Origin: Brachybacterium avium | GTDB taxonomy: Bacteria; Actinomycetota; Actinomycetes; Actinomycetales; Dermabacteraceae | Length of the DNA: 64,000 bases | NCBI RefSeq assembly: GCF_002216795.1 | Contig: NZ_CP022316.1 | Span: 2,445,205 to 2,509,204, forward strand | Direction of reading: 5' to 3' | Shown: piece by piece, positions 48,114 through 56,605 of the stretch | Position numbering within the stretch: the first letter of the stretch is position 1 | Layout of the letters: the number at the start of each line of letters is the position of its first letter | Position numbers and translations under genes: made by a program | Notes under the pieces: model-generated | What the model was told of the DNA's origin: nothing | Databases searched by the model: none | The model's input: the letters and a program-made list of their open reading frames with translations, nothing else

Positions 48114-49013
48114 TCAGCGGGCCTGCCCACCGCGCCCGCAGGCGGCGCGCCACTCCTCGGGGTCGGCCACAGCAGGCGGCGCACCGTTCGCCCGCAGCCA
48201 GGTGCACACGTTCACGCAGTCGCGGCGCAGGAACTCCGCGCCGTGCGGATTCGCGATCAGGTCCAGTACCTGCGGGACGTCGATGATCACGGGATCGGGC
48301 TCGGACTGCCGGGTGTCGGCGAGGAGGTTGTACGGGGAGAGGTCGCCGTGGACCAGGCCCAGCTGGGCGAGGTCGATGACCACGCCCCGCAGCAGCTCCG
48401 CCCAGCGCGTGATCGTGGCAGCGTCTGGCGTCGTCTCGTGCAGGCGCGGGGCCGCGACGGCACCGCGCTCGTCGTCGGTACCGATGAACTCCATCAACAG
48501 CTCGGTGCCGAGGATCTGCACCGGGTACGGGACCGGCAGACCGGCCTGCCAGAGCCGGCCCAGCACGTCGAACTCGGTGCGGGCCCACTGCGAGGCCGCC
48601 ACCTGCTTGCCGAACGCTGAGCTCTTGGCGACCGCTCTGGCCTCCCTCGAGTCCTTGAGACGGCGGCCCTCGGTGTAGGCGTGGGAACGATGGAAGGTCG
48701 AGTGCTCGGGTGAGCGGTAGCGCTTGGCGACCAGCAGAGCAGCCTCGCCCGCGGCGCCGGTGAGGTGCTCGGTGGGCAGGGCGCGCTCGATGAGGAAGGC
48801 ATCCGCCTCCTTACCGGTCTTGAGGATCCCGAGCTCGGTATCGATCGCGCCGTCATGCTGGACCACCCAGTCGGGGAAGGGCTGCGGGCCGCGATCGATG
48901 ATGTGGGCGGTCTCCGGCCATGTGGACCAGCGCTGGTCGTCGTCGAGCTCGGCGACGGAGAGGAAGTGCATCGACTTCGCGAAGAAGGCGTCCCGGTCGA
49001 AGGACGTGGTCAT
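48114..49013 (-). CDS. RIO-type atypical serine protein kinase
   Basis: 299 aa. GKEADAF, ELLMEFIG, catalytic LVHGDLSPYNLL motifs. Confidence 0.7.
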   Translation of the reverse strand: MTTSFDRDAFFAKSMHFLSVAELDDDQRWSTWPETAHIIDRGPQPFPDWVVQHDGAIDTELGILKTGKEADAFLIERALPTEHLTGAAGEAALLVAKRYRSPEHSTFHRSHAYTEGRRLKDSREARAVAKSSAFGKQVAASQWARTEFDVLGRLWQAGLPVPYPVQILGTELLMEFIGTDDERGAVAAPRLHETTPDAATITRWAELLRGVVIDLAQLGLVHGDLSPYNLLADTRQSEPDPVIIDVPQVLDLIANPHGAEFLRRDCVNVCTWLRANGAPPAVADPEEWRAACGRGGQAR

Positions 49014-49241
49014 GGGATCTCCTGAGGGAGGACCTGCGAATGCTCAGCAGGTCGGAGCGGAAGGGAGGACTGCACGGGTCAGCACGGCGGGGACCATCAG
49101 CTCCTCCTTCCCTCAGGGCTCCATCCGGAACCGGTATCACCGTACGACGGGGAGGCGGCGGGGCGCGAGGGAATTCTCGGAGCCTGGGGAGCGCCGGGGG
49201 AGGAGTGGCCCGGAAGCCGTCCGCTGCGGGACACTGTTCCC

Positions 49242-49973
49242 ATGTTTCTCGAGAACCTCGGCGTCGACGCCCTGGACCCTCTCCGCCTCGGCCGCTTCTG
49301 GGAAGCGGCGCTGGGCACGACCTCGCTCACGGTGGAGCCCGACCTCCTCGAGACGCGGCTGGACCTCGACGGGACCGCGTATCTGGACCTGTGCTTCGTG
49401 CGGGTGCCCGCACCGAACCAGGCGCCGCTGCGCCTGCAGCTCGCGCTGCGCGGCGGGACGGAGCAGGCCGACGTGGTCGAGCGCCTGCGAGGACTCGGCG
49501 CCGAGGAGCTCGACAGCGGGCATGGTGGGCAGCCCCGGGGCGAGCTCGCCGACGTCGAGGGGAGAGCCTTCCGCGTGAGGGGCGAGCAGGAGGAGTGCGT
49601 CGATACGGGACCGCTCGCGGCGGTGCTGCTGGAGTCCGCCGATCCGGAGCGGGACGCGGAGTTCTGGGCCTGGCTGAGCGGCTGGGCGCCGGCGCCGGAC
49701 CGCGGGGCGCACACCCTGCGCCACCCGTCCCTGCATGGACCGCTGCTCGAGCTCGTCCCGGAGCGGGCGCCCAAGCGGCCCGATGCGAAGAATCCGATCC
49801 ACCTCGACGTGCGCCTCGAGCCGGGCGAGGACCCCGAGGAGATCGCCGCCGAGATCGAGCGGCGCGGCGGCCGCGAGATGCACCCCGACTGGGGAGAGCT
49901 GCCCTGGCGGGTGCATCAGGACCCCTCCGGGAACGAGTTCTGCGTGCTGCCCGCGCCGGCGGTCGCGCCGTGA
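49242..49973 (+). CDS. VOC/glyoxalase-like family protein (two-module)
   Basis: 243 aa. Weak glyoxalase/bleomycin-resistance fold similarity. Confidence 0.5.
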   Translation: MFLENLGVDALDPLRLGRFWEAALGTTSLTVEPDLLETRLDLDGTAYLDLCFVRVPAPNQAPLRLQLALRGGTEQADVVERLRGLGAEELDSGHGGQPRGELADVEGRAFRVRGEQEECVDTGPLAAVLLESADPERDAEFWAWLSGWAPAPDRGAHTLRHPSLHGPLLELVPERAPKRPDAKNPIHLDVRLEPGEDPEEIAAEIERRGGREMHPDWGELPWRVHQDPSGNEFCVLPAPAVAP

Positions 49974-50332
49974 GCGACGGGCGGCGGACCGCCGCCTTCC
50001 TGTCCGTGCTGCTGGGGGCGGCCGGGGTCCTGCACCTCACCCGGCCCGCACCCTTCGACAGCATCGTCCCGCCCGTACTGCCCGGGCCGGCGCGCACCTA
50101 CACCTGCGCCTCGGGCGCGGCGGAGCTCGTCGTCGCGGGCCTGCTCGCGCATCCGCGCACCCGCCGCCTCGGCGGGCACGCTGCGACCGCACTGCTGGTC
50201 GCCGTGTTCCCCGCGAATGTGCAGATGGCGTACGACTGGCGCCATGCCCGACCGCGGAAGCGGGTGATCGCGCTGGCACGCCTGCCGCTGCAGGGCGTGC
50301 TCATCGCGCAGGCTCGGCGCGTGGCGCGATGA
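49970..50332 (+). CDS. small DoxX-like membrane protein
   Basis: GTG start overlapping the VOC stop (GTGA). 120 aa with 3 hydrophobic segments. Its stop overlaps the MFS start (ATGA). Confidence 0.4.
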   Translation: MSDGRRTAAFLSVLLGAAGVLHLTRPAPFDSIVPPVLPGPARTYTCASGAAELVVAGLLAHPRTRRLGGHAATALLVAVFPANVQMAYDWRHARPRKRVIALARLPLQGVLIAQARRVAR

Positions 50333-51573
50333 CCGCGCCCCTGACCCTCCCCGTCGACGGCCTCGAGCGGCGTCGGGTCCAGCGACGCACCATCGCGGTG
50401 CTGATCGCGGGCCAGATCATCTCCGGCCTCGGGATCGGTGCGGCGGTGAGCATGGGCGCGCTGCTGGTCGCCGCAGTGACCGGCAGCGAGGCGTGGTCCG
50501 GGATGGCCGCGACGATGAACACCCTCGGTGCCGCGCTGTTCGCCATCCCCCTGGCGCTGCTCGCCCGTCGCCGGGGCCGACGGATCTCCCTGACCACCGG
50601 AGCCGTGACGGCAGCGCTCGGCGCCTTCGCAGTGGTCGTCTCCGCGGTCCTCGACAACCCGTTCCTGCTGCTGCTGAGCATGGCGGTGCTGGGCATCGGC
50701 TCCGCCCTGAACTTCCATTCACGGTTCGCCGCCACCGACCTGGCGACCGACTCCACCCGCGGCCGGGACCTCTCCCTGGTGGTGTGGTCCACGACGATCG
50801 GCGCCGTCGTCGGCCCGAACCTCGCCGAGCCCAGCGACGTCCTCGGCCGCTCCCTGGGCCTGCCGGAGCTCACCGGCGGTTTCGTGATCGCCGCGGCCGC
50901 TCAGCTGCTGGGCGCCCTGCTCTACGCGGTCGCGCTGCGCCCGGACCCGCTGCTGCTCGCCCTGGGTCCGCATCGCGCAGTGCCCGCCGGGCCGCAGCGA
51001 CGGGCCGCGCGAGGCCTCGCGATCCTGCGCAGCAACCTCACCGCCCGCCGCGCGGTGCTGGCCACCAGCCTCAGCCATGCGGTGATGGTGGCGCTGATGG
51101 GGATGACACCCATCCACCTGATGGGCCACGGCGCGGACCTCACGATCGTCGGGATCACCATCAGCCTCCACATCGCCGGGATGTTCGGGATCTCCCCAGT
51201 GTTCGGTCTGCTCACCGACCGGGTCGGGGGCCGGGCGGTGATCCTGCTCGGCCAGGTGCTGCTGACGGCGGCGCTGCTGGTCGCGGCGCTGGGATCCCAG
51301 AGCAACCAGCTGGTCGCGATCGCTCTGGTGCTGCTGGGGTTGGGGTGGTCGGCCTCCAACGTCGCCGGGTCCACGATGCTCAGCGGCGCCGTCCCCGTCG
51401 AGCAGCGGCCCGCCACCCAGGGCACCTCGGACCTGCTGATGAACCTCGCCGGTGCGGGCGGTGGGGCGCTGGCCGGGCTGATCCTGGCCGGGGTCGGCTT
51501 CTCCGGCCTCGCCCTCTGCCTCCTGATGCCGGTCGCCGTGGTGACCCTCGACCAGCTGGTGCGGCGCCGCTGA
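50329..51573 (+). CDS. MFS transporter
   Basis: Start MTAPLTLPVDGL. 414 aa, 12 TM. The longer ORF from 49735 is a read-through. Confidence 0.8.
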   Translation: MTAPLTLPVDGLERRRVQRRTIAVLIAGQIISGLGIGAAVSMGALLVAAVTGSEAWSGMAATMNTLGAALFAIPLALLARRRGRRISLTTGAVTAALGAFAVVVSAVLDNPFLLLLSMAVLGIGSALNFHSRFAATDLATDSTRGRDLSLVVWSTTIGAVVGPNLAEPSDVLGRSLGLPELTGGFVIAAAAQLLGALLYAVALRPDPLLLALGPHRAVPAGPQRRAARGLAILRSNLTARRAVLATSLSHAVMVALMGMTPIHLMGHGADLTIVGITISLHIAGMFGISPVFGLLTDRVGGRAVILLGQVLLTAALLVAALGSQSNQLVAIALVLLGLGWSASNVAGSTMLSGAVPVEQRPATQGTSDLLMNLAGAGGGALAGLILAGVGFSGLALCLLMPVAVVTLDQLVRRR

Positions 51574-51596
51574 GACGGGCGAGAGCTGACGAATGC

Positions 51597-51633
51597 CCCA
51601 CATCATTACTATCGACCATAGTAACTATGTGGG
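51597..51633. promoter_or_regulatory. 37-bp imperfect palindrome CCCACAT-CATTACTATCGACCATAGTAACT-ATGTGGG (core TACTAT-N5-ATAGTA) about 40 nt upstream of dsbA-like gene
   Basis: Inverted repeat read from the sequence. The core CATTACTATCG...ATAGT recurs at about 56546-56568. Confidence 0.6.
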
Positions 51634-51675
51634 AGGGTAGCGCCGGATGCCGCACCCGACCCGACCGGAGGACCC

Positions 51676-52455
51676 ATGTCTCGCGCCCATCGATCCGACC
51701 CCACGCATGCGTCGCGGGACGGCGTCCTGCGTCGCTGGGGGATCCCGGTGGGGATCGGGGTCGCCGTCGCCGCGCTGATCGCCGGGGTGTTCTGGGTTCA
51801 GCAGGAACCGGCGACCACGCCCACGCAGGGCAGCGGCGGGAGCTCGACGAGCTCCGAGCAGCCGGCGGCGATCGAGCATCCGGAATCGGTGGCCGCCCCC
51901 GATCTCAGCTCCCAGGAGGGGCGGGATCCCGATGACCAGCTCGCCGAGGGGCCCGTCGATGCGCCGGTCGTGCTGGTCATGTTCTCGGACTTCCAGTGCT
52001 CGTTCTGTGCGAAGTGGTCCGACGAGACCCTGCCGGAGATGCGCGAGTACGTCGAGCGCGGTGAGCTGCGCATCGAGTACCGCGATGTGAACATCTACGG
52101 CGAGGACTCCGAGCGCGCCGCCCGGGCGAGCCTCGCTGCCGCGATGCAGGGTGAGCATGCGCAGTACCACGCACTGCTGTTCGAGGACGGCGAGATCCGC
52201 TCCGGCCAGGGGCTCAGCGAGGAGTCGCTGGTCGAGCTGGCCGGGCAGATCGGCCTGGACACGGAGCAGTTCGCGGCCGATATGAACTCGGAGCAGGTCG
52301 CCGAGACGATCGCGGAGAACGCGCAGCAGGGCATCGACCTCGGGGCGATGTCGACCCCGGCCTTCATCATTGGCGGCACCCCGACCGCCGGCGCGCAGCC
52401 CACCGAGGTGTTCACCGAGCTGGTGGACAAGGCGCTGGCCGAGAGCGAGGGCTGA
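51676..52455 (+). CDS. DsbA-family thiol:disulfide oxidoreductase (thioredoxin fold), membrane-anchored
   Basis: TM anchor (GIPVGIGVAVAALIAGVFWV). CxxC active site FQCSFCAKW. Confidence 0.8.
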   Translation: MSRAHRSDPTHASRDGVLRRWGIPVGIGVAVAALIAGVFWVQQEPATTPTQGSGGSSTSSEQPAAIEHPESVAAPDLSSQEGRDPDDQLAEGPVDAPVVLVMFSDFQCSFCAKWSDETLPEMREYVERGELRIEYRDVNIYGEDSERAARASLAAAMQGEHAQYHALLFEDGEIRSGQGLSEESLVELAGQIGLDTEQFAADMNSEQVAETIAENAQQGIDLGAMSTPAFIIGGTPTAGAQPTEVFTELVDKALAESEG

Positions 52456-52456
52456 G

Positions 52457-53335
52457 ATGGAGGTCGGACTCCTCACCGCCTTCTTCGGCGGGGCGCTCGC
52501 GCTCCTCAGTCCGTGCGGAGCGCTCCTGCTGCCGGGCTTCTTCGCCTCCACCGTGACCTCCCGCGCCGCCCTGCTCCCGCACGCCGTGGTGTTCTATCTC
52601 GGTCTGGTGGTGACCCTGGTCCCGCTCGGCGTCGGCGCCGGGGCGCTCGGAGCCCTGGTGATCGGGCACCGCACCCTGCTGATCGGCATCACCTCGCTGG
52701 TGCTGGTGCTGCTCGGCGCCCTGCACGCCCTGGGCCTCGGCTTCGATCTCAGCCGGGCCCTCCCGGGCTTCGACCGTCTCCAGCAGCGCTCGACCCAGGG
52801 CTCCGGGCTCGCCCGCAGCTTCGTGCTCGGCGCCGTCGGCGGGATCGCCGGATTCTGCGCGGGGCCGATCCTCGGCGCCGTGCTCACCCTGGCCATGGGT
52901 CAGGGGAACATGCTCCTGGCCGGGATCCTGCTCGCCGTTTACGGCGCCGGGATGGTGGTGCCGCTGACCATCCTGGCGGCGGTCTGGAACCGCCTGGGCA
53001 GCCGGGGCAGGAACCTGCTGCGCGGCCGCGAGTTCACGCTGCTGGGGCGACGCCTGCACACCACCACCTTCATCACCGGAGTGGTGATCATCGCCCTCGG
53101 CATCGTGTTCTGGGTGACCAACGGCCTGGTCACCATGCCCTCTCTCGTCCCCACCAGCACCCTCGCCCGCTGGCAGGCGGGCAGCGCCGGTCTCAACGAC
53201 CCCGTCGTGCAGATCGCCGTGATCCTCGCGCTCGGGGCCCTGGCCCTGCTGCTGTGGTGGCGGTGGGACCGGCGTCGGCGGCGGGAGCAGGACGCCCCGA
53301 CCACCATCACCCTGACCCCGGGGAGGCGGCCATGA
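52457..53335 (+). CDS. ccdA: CcdA/DsbD-family cytochrome c biogenesis-type thiol:disulfide transporter
   Basis: Start MEVGLLTAFFGGALALLSPCGALLLPGFF. 292 aa polytopic, with a second Cys (GFCAGPILG). Confidence 0.8.
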   Translation: MEVGLLTAFFGGALALLSPCGALLLPGFFASTVTSRAALLPHAVVFYLGLVVTLVPLGVGAGALGALVIGHRTLLIGITSLVLVLLGALHALGLGFDLSRALPGFDRLQQRSTQGSGLARSFVLGAVGGIAGFCAGPILGAVLTLAMGQGNMLLAGILLAVYGAGMVVPLTILAAVWNRLGSRGRNLLRGREFTLLGRRLHTTTFITGVVIIALGIVFWVTNGLVTMPSLVPTSTLARWQAGSAGLNDPVVQIAVILALGALALLLWWRWDRRRRREQDAPTTITLTPGRRP

Positions 53336-54549
53336 GGCGCCGCAGCGTCCTGGCCGCCCTGCCGCTGGGTCTGCTCGGCCTCAGCGCCTGCGGTCCGGAC
53401 GGCGGCGGCGAGCCCGCCGGTCCGGCGCCGGCGGCCCCGGTCGAGCACCCCGAGCCCGTGCAGGTCGGCGAGCTCGCCGAGGTGGTGGAGTACACCGAGG
53501 TGCGGCTGCCGCTGGAGATGACCCCGATGGTCGTCGTCGACCCCGGCTGGACCGCCGTCCCCCTCCAGCTCGACGGCATCTTCCTCGGCTATCGCGAGGA
53601 GGAGGAGCAGCTGCGGTTCCTCGCCGTCGACCAGGACGGCACCGTGCTGTGGCGGGCGGACCGCCCCCTGAGCTGCACCGGGTACGTGCTGACCCGCGGG
53701 CCGAAGAAGACGCCGATCGCGGTGCTCGCCGATCTGGCCGCCGCCGAGCAGGAGGGGGCCTGGGCGATGACCCTGACGGCCTATGACCTGCGGACCGCCG
53801 AGCCCCTCTGGGGCCCGGTCGAGGCGCCCGGCCCCCAGGCCGCCCCCGGCCTGGTCTATGCGGCACCGACCGATCAGGCGATGGGGGAGGGCGGCCCGCG
53901 CACGGCGCTGTCCGGCGTCACCGGGGAAGTCCTGCTGGCCGAGGTGGATCTCGCCGACGGCCGCATCCTCGGCGAGCATCTGGGCGCGCTGGTGCGCACC
54001 GAGGGCTCCGAGCTGCTGGCCAGCGGCGCCGCCGGCGAGGAGCTCTGGCGCAGCCCGTTGCCCGCCGGGGTCGAACCGGCCCGGGCACGGTTGCGCGGCA
54101 CCGTCGATCCGACCACCTCCTTCGCCGTGATCGGCGACCAGGACTCGCCCGGTGCGGTGATCGACCTCGCCGACGGCCGGGTGATCGCCGAAGGCGCGGA
54201 TGCCGTGGCCCGGGATCACGTCCTCGAGATCACCGTGGTCGTCTCGGGCACGACCGTGCGCGGGCTCGAGGACGACGGCACCGAGAAGTGGACCCATGAG
54301 GATCCCGAGCCGCTCCAGCTGCTCTGCGCCGGGGAGCGCCTGGCCTACGCCGTCCGCCCCGAGGAGGGCACGCTCGTGGTGCTGGACACGAACCACGGCC
54401 TGATGGTCCAGCCCTACGACGTCGACCTGACCGGACCGCTCGCCGTCCCCCAGGTGTTCTCCGCGGACACCGCCGCCGCCGTGCGCATCGAGGAGCAGTT
54501 CTTCCTGGTCACCACCGAGTTCGACGAGGACTTCGGCCTGCGGGAATGA
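53332..54549 (+). CDS. secreted lipoprotein of unknown function (possible beta-propeller)
   Basis: Lipobox LLGLSAC. 405 aa. ATGA overlap with ccdA. Confidence 0.5.
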   Translation: MRRRSVLAALPLGLLGLSACGPDGGGEPAGPAPAAPVEHPEPVQVGELAEVVEYTEVRLPLEMTPMVVVDPGWTAVPLQLDGIFLGYREEEEQLRFLAVDQDGTVLWRADRPLSCTGYVLTRGPKKTPIAVLADLAAAEQEGAWAMTLTAYDLRTAEPLWGPVEAPGPQAAPGLVYAAPTDQAMGEGGPRTALSGVTGEVLLAEVDLADGRILGEHLGALVRTEGSELLASGAAGEELWRSPLPAGVEPARARLRGTVDPTTSFAVIGDQDSPGAVIDLADGRVIAEGADAVARDHVLEITVVVSGTTVRGLEDDGTEKWTHEDPEPLQLLCAGERLAYAVRPEEGTLVVLDTNHGLMVQPYDVDLTGPLAVPQVFSADTAAAVRIEEQFFLVTTEFDEDFGLRE

Positions 54550-54553
54550 GCGC

Positions 54554-55552
54554 TCACAGCAGCAGCGGGCAGCCGTTCAGCAGCAGCACGGCATAGGGGG
54601 CGACGGCGACCGCCGCGAGGCCGAGCAGCGCCGCCAGCAGGGCGGACAGCGTGACGACCGGCACCAGCGCCGAGCGCGCGGCCGCCGGGGAGACCAGGTG
54701 CCCGATCCGGTCGGGTCCGATGCCCGCCGGTCCCCTCGCGTGCAGCAGGGCGCCGGGCGCGGCTGACGGCCCGGGGGCCCCGCACTCGCCGAGGGTGAGC
54801 AGTGCGCTGGCCAGGGCCGGGGTGCCGCTGCGGTGCCGGGAGGCGTCGTCCGCGGCGATCTCCAGCAGGTGCGGCACCGCGACCGCGACCGCATCGAACA
54901 GCGGGATGAGGCGCAGCGGGCCGACCATCGCCTCCAGCACCGCCAGCAGCGTGTGATGGTGCTGGGCGAGATGGGCCGCCTCATGCTCGAGGACGGCGGA
55001 GAGCTCGTCCGCGCCCAGGGAGTCCAGCAGGCCGCGGGAGACGACGATGCCTCCGCGGCGGCGCGGCAGCGCGAACGCCAGCGGCGTCGGATCCGGGACC
55101 AGCAGCACCCGATGTCCGGCGAGGACGGTGCGCACCGCCGACGCCCGCACCTCGGCGAGGACGGACCGCGTGGATCGGGCCCGGCGGAGCAACCCCCGCA
55201 CGGCGGCCGTCCCCATCAGCACGGTCCCGGCCAGTGGCAGCAGGAGCAGGGCCGCCATCGGCACCGGCAGCTCGACCGGGGCGGCGGCGAAGGGGCTGGC
55301 CGCGGCGAGGCAGCGCTGGCAGACCTCGCCGGCGGAGCCCGCGAGCAGCCGGGGACCGCTGGGCAGCCCGGCCAGGGCCACGCTGAGCACCGCCGCCGCC
55401 GTCGACCACACCGCCAGGGCCCCGAGCAGCAGCCCGGAGGCCAGGCGCGGGGCGCGCATCAGCAGCGGGGAGCTCCAGCGCACCAGGCGCGGACCGGTCA
55501 ATGCGAGCAGGACGAGCGCGAGGGTGAGCAGCGCGAACAGGGGAAGCGTCAC
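54554..55552 (-). CDS. M56-family (BlaR1-like) metallopeptidase lacking a C-terminal sensor domain
   Basis: 332 aa, 4 TM. Zinc motif HEAAHLAQHHH. Start overlaps the BlaI-like stop. Confidence 0.8.
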   Translation of the reverse strand: MTLPLFALLTLALVLLALTGPRLVRWSSPLLMRAPRLASGLLLGALAVWSTAAAVLSVALAGLPSGPRLLAGSAGEVCQRCLAAASPFAAAPVELPVPMAALLLLPLAGTVLMGTAAVRGLLRRARSTRSVLAEVRASAVRTVLAGHRVLLVPDPTPLAFALPRRRGGIVVSRGLLDSLGADELSAVLEHEAAHLAQHHHTLLAVLEAMVGPLRLIPLFDAVAVAVPHLLEIAADDASRHRSGTPALASALLTLGECGAPGPSAAPGALLHARGPAGIGPDRIGHLVSPAAARSALVPVVTLSALLAALLGLAAVAVAPYAVLLLNGCPLLL

Positions 55553-55962
55553 GCCGGCGCCGATCCGGGATCCGGGGCGCCGGTGCCGTCGTGGCCGTTG
55601 AGGTACTCGCGCAGCAGCGCGGCCTCCCGATCGTCCATGCCCTTGACGAAGCGCAGGATCGAGGCGCTGCGGTCATTGCTGCTGGACAGCGCCTGCTCCA
55701 TCAGTCGGGCGGCGTGCTCCGAGCGCGGGTGGCGCGGTCGATACCGCACCGAGCGCCCCACCCGGCAGCCGGAGACCAGGTCCTTGCGCCCGAGATTCGA
55801 GAGCACCGTGGCGATCGTGGTGTATGCGTGGTGGTCGCCCAGGCCGGAGATCAGCTCGCGGATCGTCAGCTCCTCGTGCTCCCACAGCTGCTCCATCACC
55901 TGCTGCTCCAGGGTCCCCAGACGCACCTGCTGGAAGGGTCGGGAGTCCTCGGTCCCGCTCAT
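55549..55962 (-). CDS. BlaI/MecI/CopY-family transcriptional repressor
   Basis: Start MSGTEDSRPFQQ. Winged-helix EQQVMEQLWEHEELTIRELISGL. 137 aa. The longer ORF up to 56154 is a read-through. Confidence 0.8.
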   Translation of the reverse strand: MSGTEDSRPFQQVRLGTLEQQVMEQLWEHEELTIRELISGLGDHHAYTTIATVLSNLGRKDLVSGCRVGRSVRYRPRHPRSEHAARLMEQALSSSNDRSASILRFVKGMDDREAALLREYLNGHDGTGAPDPGSAPA

Positions 55963-56528
55963 AGGATCGCCGCCGAACGGGCCGAACGGGCCGGCTCCGC
56001 AGTGGGGAGGGGGCAGGCGACCTGGCCCCGCAGGCGCGAGAGCACCGCGATCACCGAGAGCACGAGGGCGAGGGCGGCCAGGAAGGGCTGGGCGGGCGCG
56101 AACCAGGTCAGCGCCCCGCTGTACCCGAGCGCGAGCAGCGCGAGCTTGTTGCACACGGGGCAGCCCACGGCGAACCAGGCCAGCATGCCGGCCGCGGTCC
56201 CGGTGCGGGCATCACGGCGCTCGCCGGCGTCGGCGGCGCTCCCGGACCGTGCCGCGCGGTCTCCCGGAGGCGCCACGTAGGTGGCGATCAGGAGACCCAT
56301 CAGGGCGGAGGTGAGCAGCCAGACCGGGTAGTTCCACGGCACGGTGGGGATGTCCCGGGAGAAGAGCGAGTTGGGGATCAGCACGGTCGCCAGTCCCATG
56401 GCGATCGCGATCCCGGTCGCGGCGACGACGGCGGTGAGCACCTGCCGGATGCCCCATCCCCGCAGTGCGGAGGCGGACAGGCGGAGGGTCTCCCCGAGGA
56501 GGCGGGGCCAGCGCGAGATCTGTGGCAT
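55959..56528 (-). CDS. small membrane protein with intramembrane CPVC motif, first gene of the BlaI/M56 operon
   Basis: About 190 aa, 4-5 TM. WFAVGCPVCNKLALLALGY. Stop overlaps the BlaI start. Start coordinate +/-3. Confidence 0.45.
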   Translation of the reverse strand: MPQISRWPRLLGETLRLSASALRGWGIRQVLTAVVAATGIAIAMGLATVLIPNSLFSRDIPTVPWNYPVWLLTSALMGLLIATYVAPPGDRAARSGSAADAGERRDARTGTAAGMLAWFAVGCPVCNKLALLALGYSGALTWFAPAQPFLAALALVLSVIAVLSRLRGQVACPLPTAEPARSARSAAIL

Positions 56529-56545
56529 GGCCTTCACTATGCCTC

Positions 56546-56568
56546 ATTCATTACTATCGCGGATAGTC
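56546..56568. promoter_or_regulatory. CATTCATTACTATCGCGGATAGTCG dyad (TACTAT-N5-ATAGTc) immediately upstream of the membrane-protein/BlaI/M56 operon
   Basis: Shares the 11-mer CATTACTATCG and the dyad architecture with the site at 51597-51633. Confidence 0.6.
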
Positions 56569-56605
56569 GTCGTGAGGAGGTCGTCGGCCGCGGCGAGCCG
56601 ACCGC

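Noticed and set aside
52412-53059. 215-aa minus-strand ORF and other ORFs across 52500-54400 (52513-54549 N-terminal part, 52939-54396)
   Set aside because: Antisense or alternative frames over the ccdA and lipoprotein genes.
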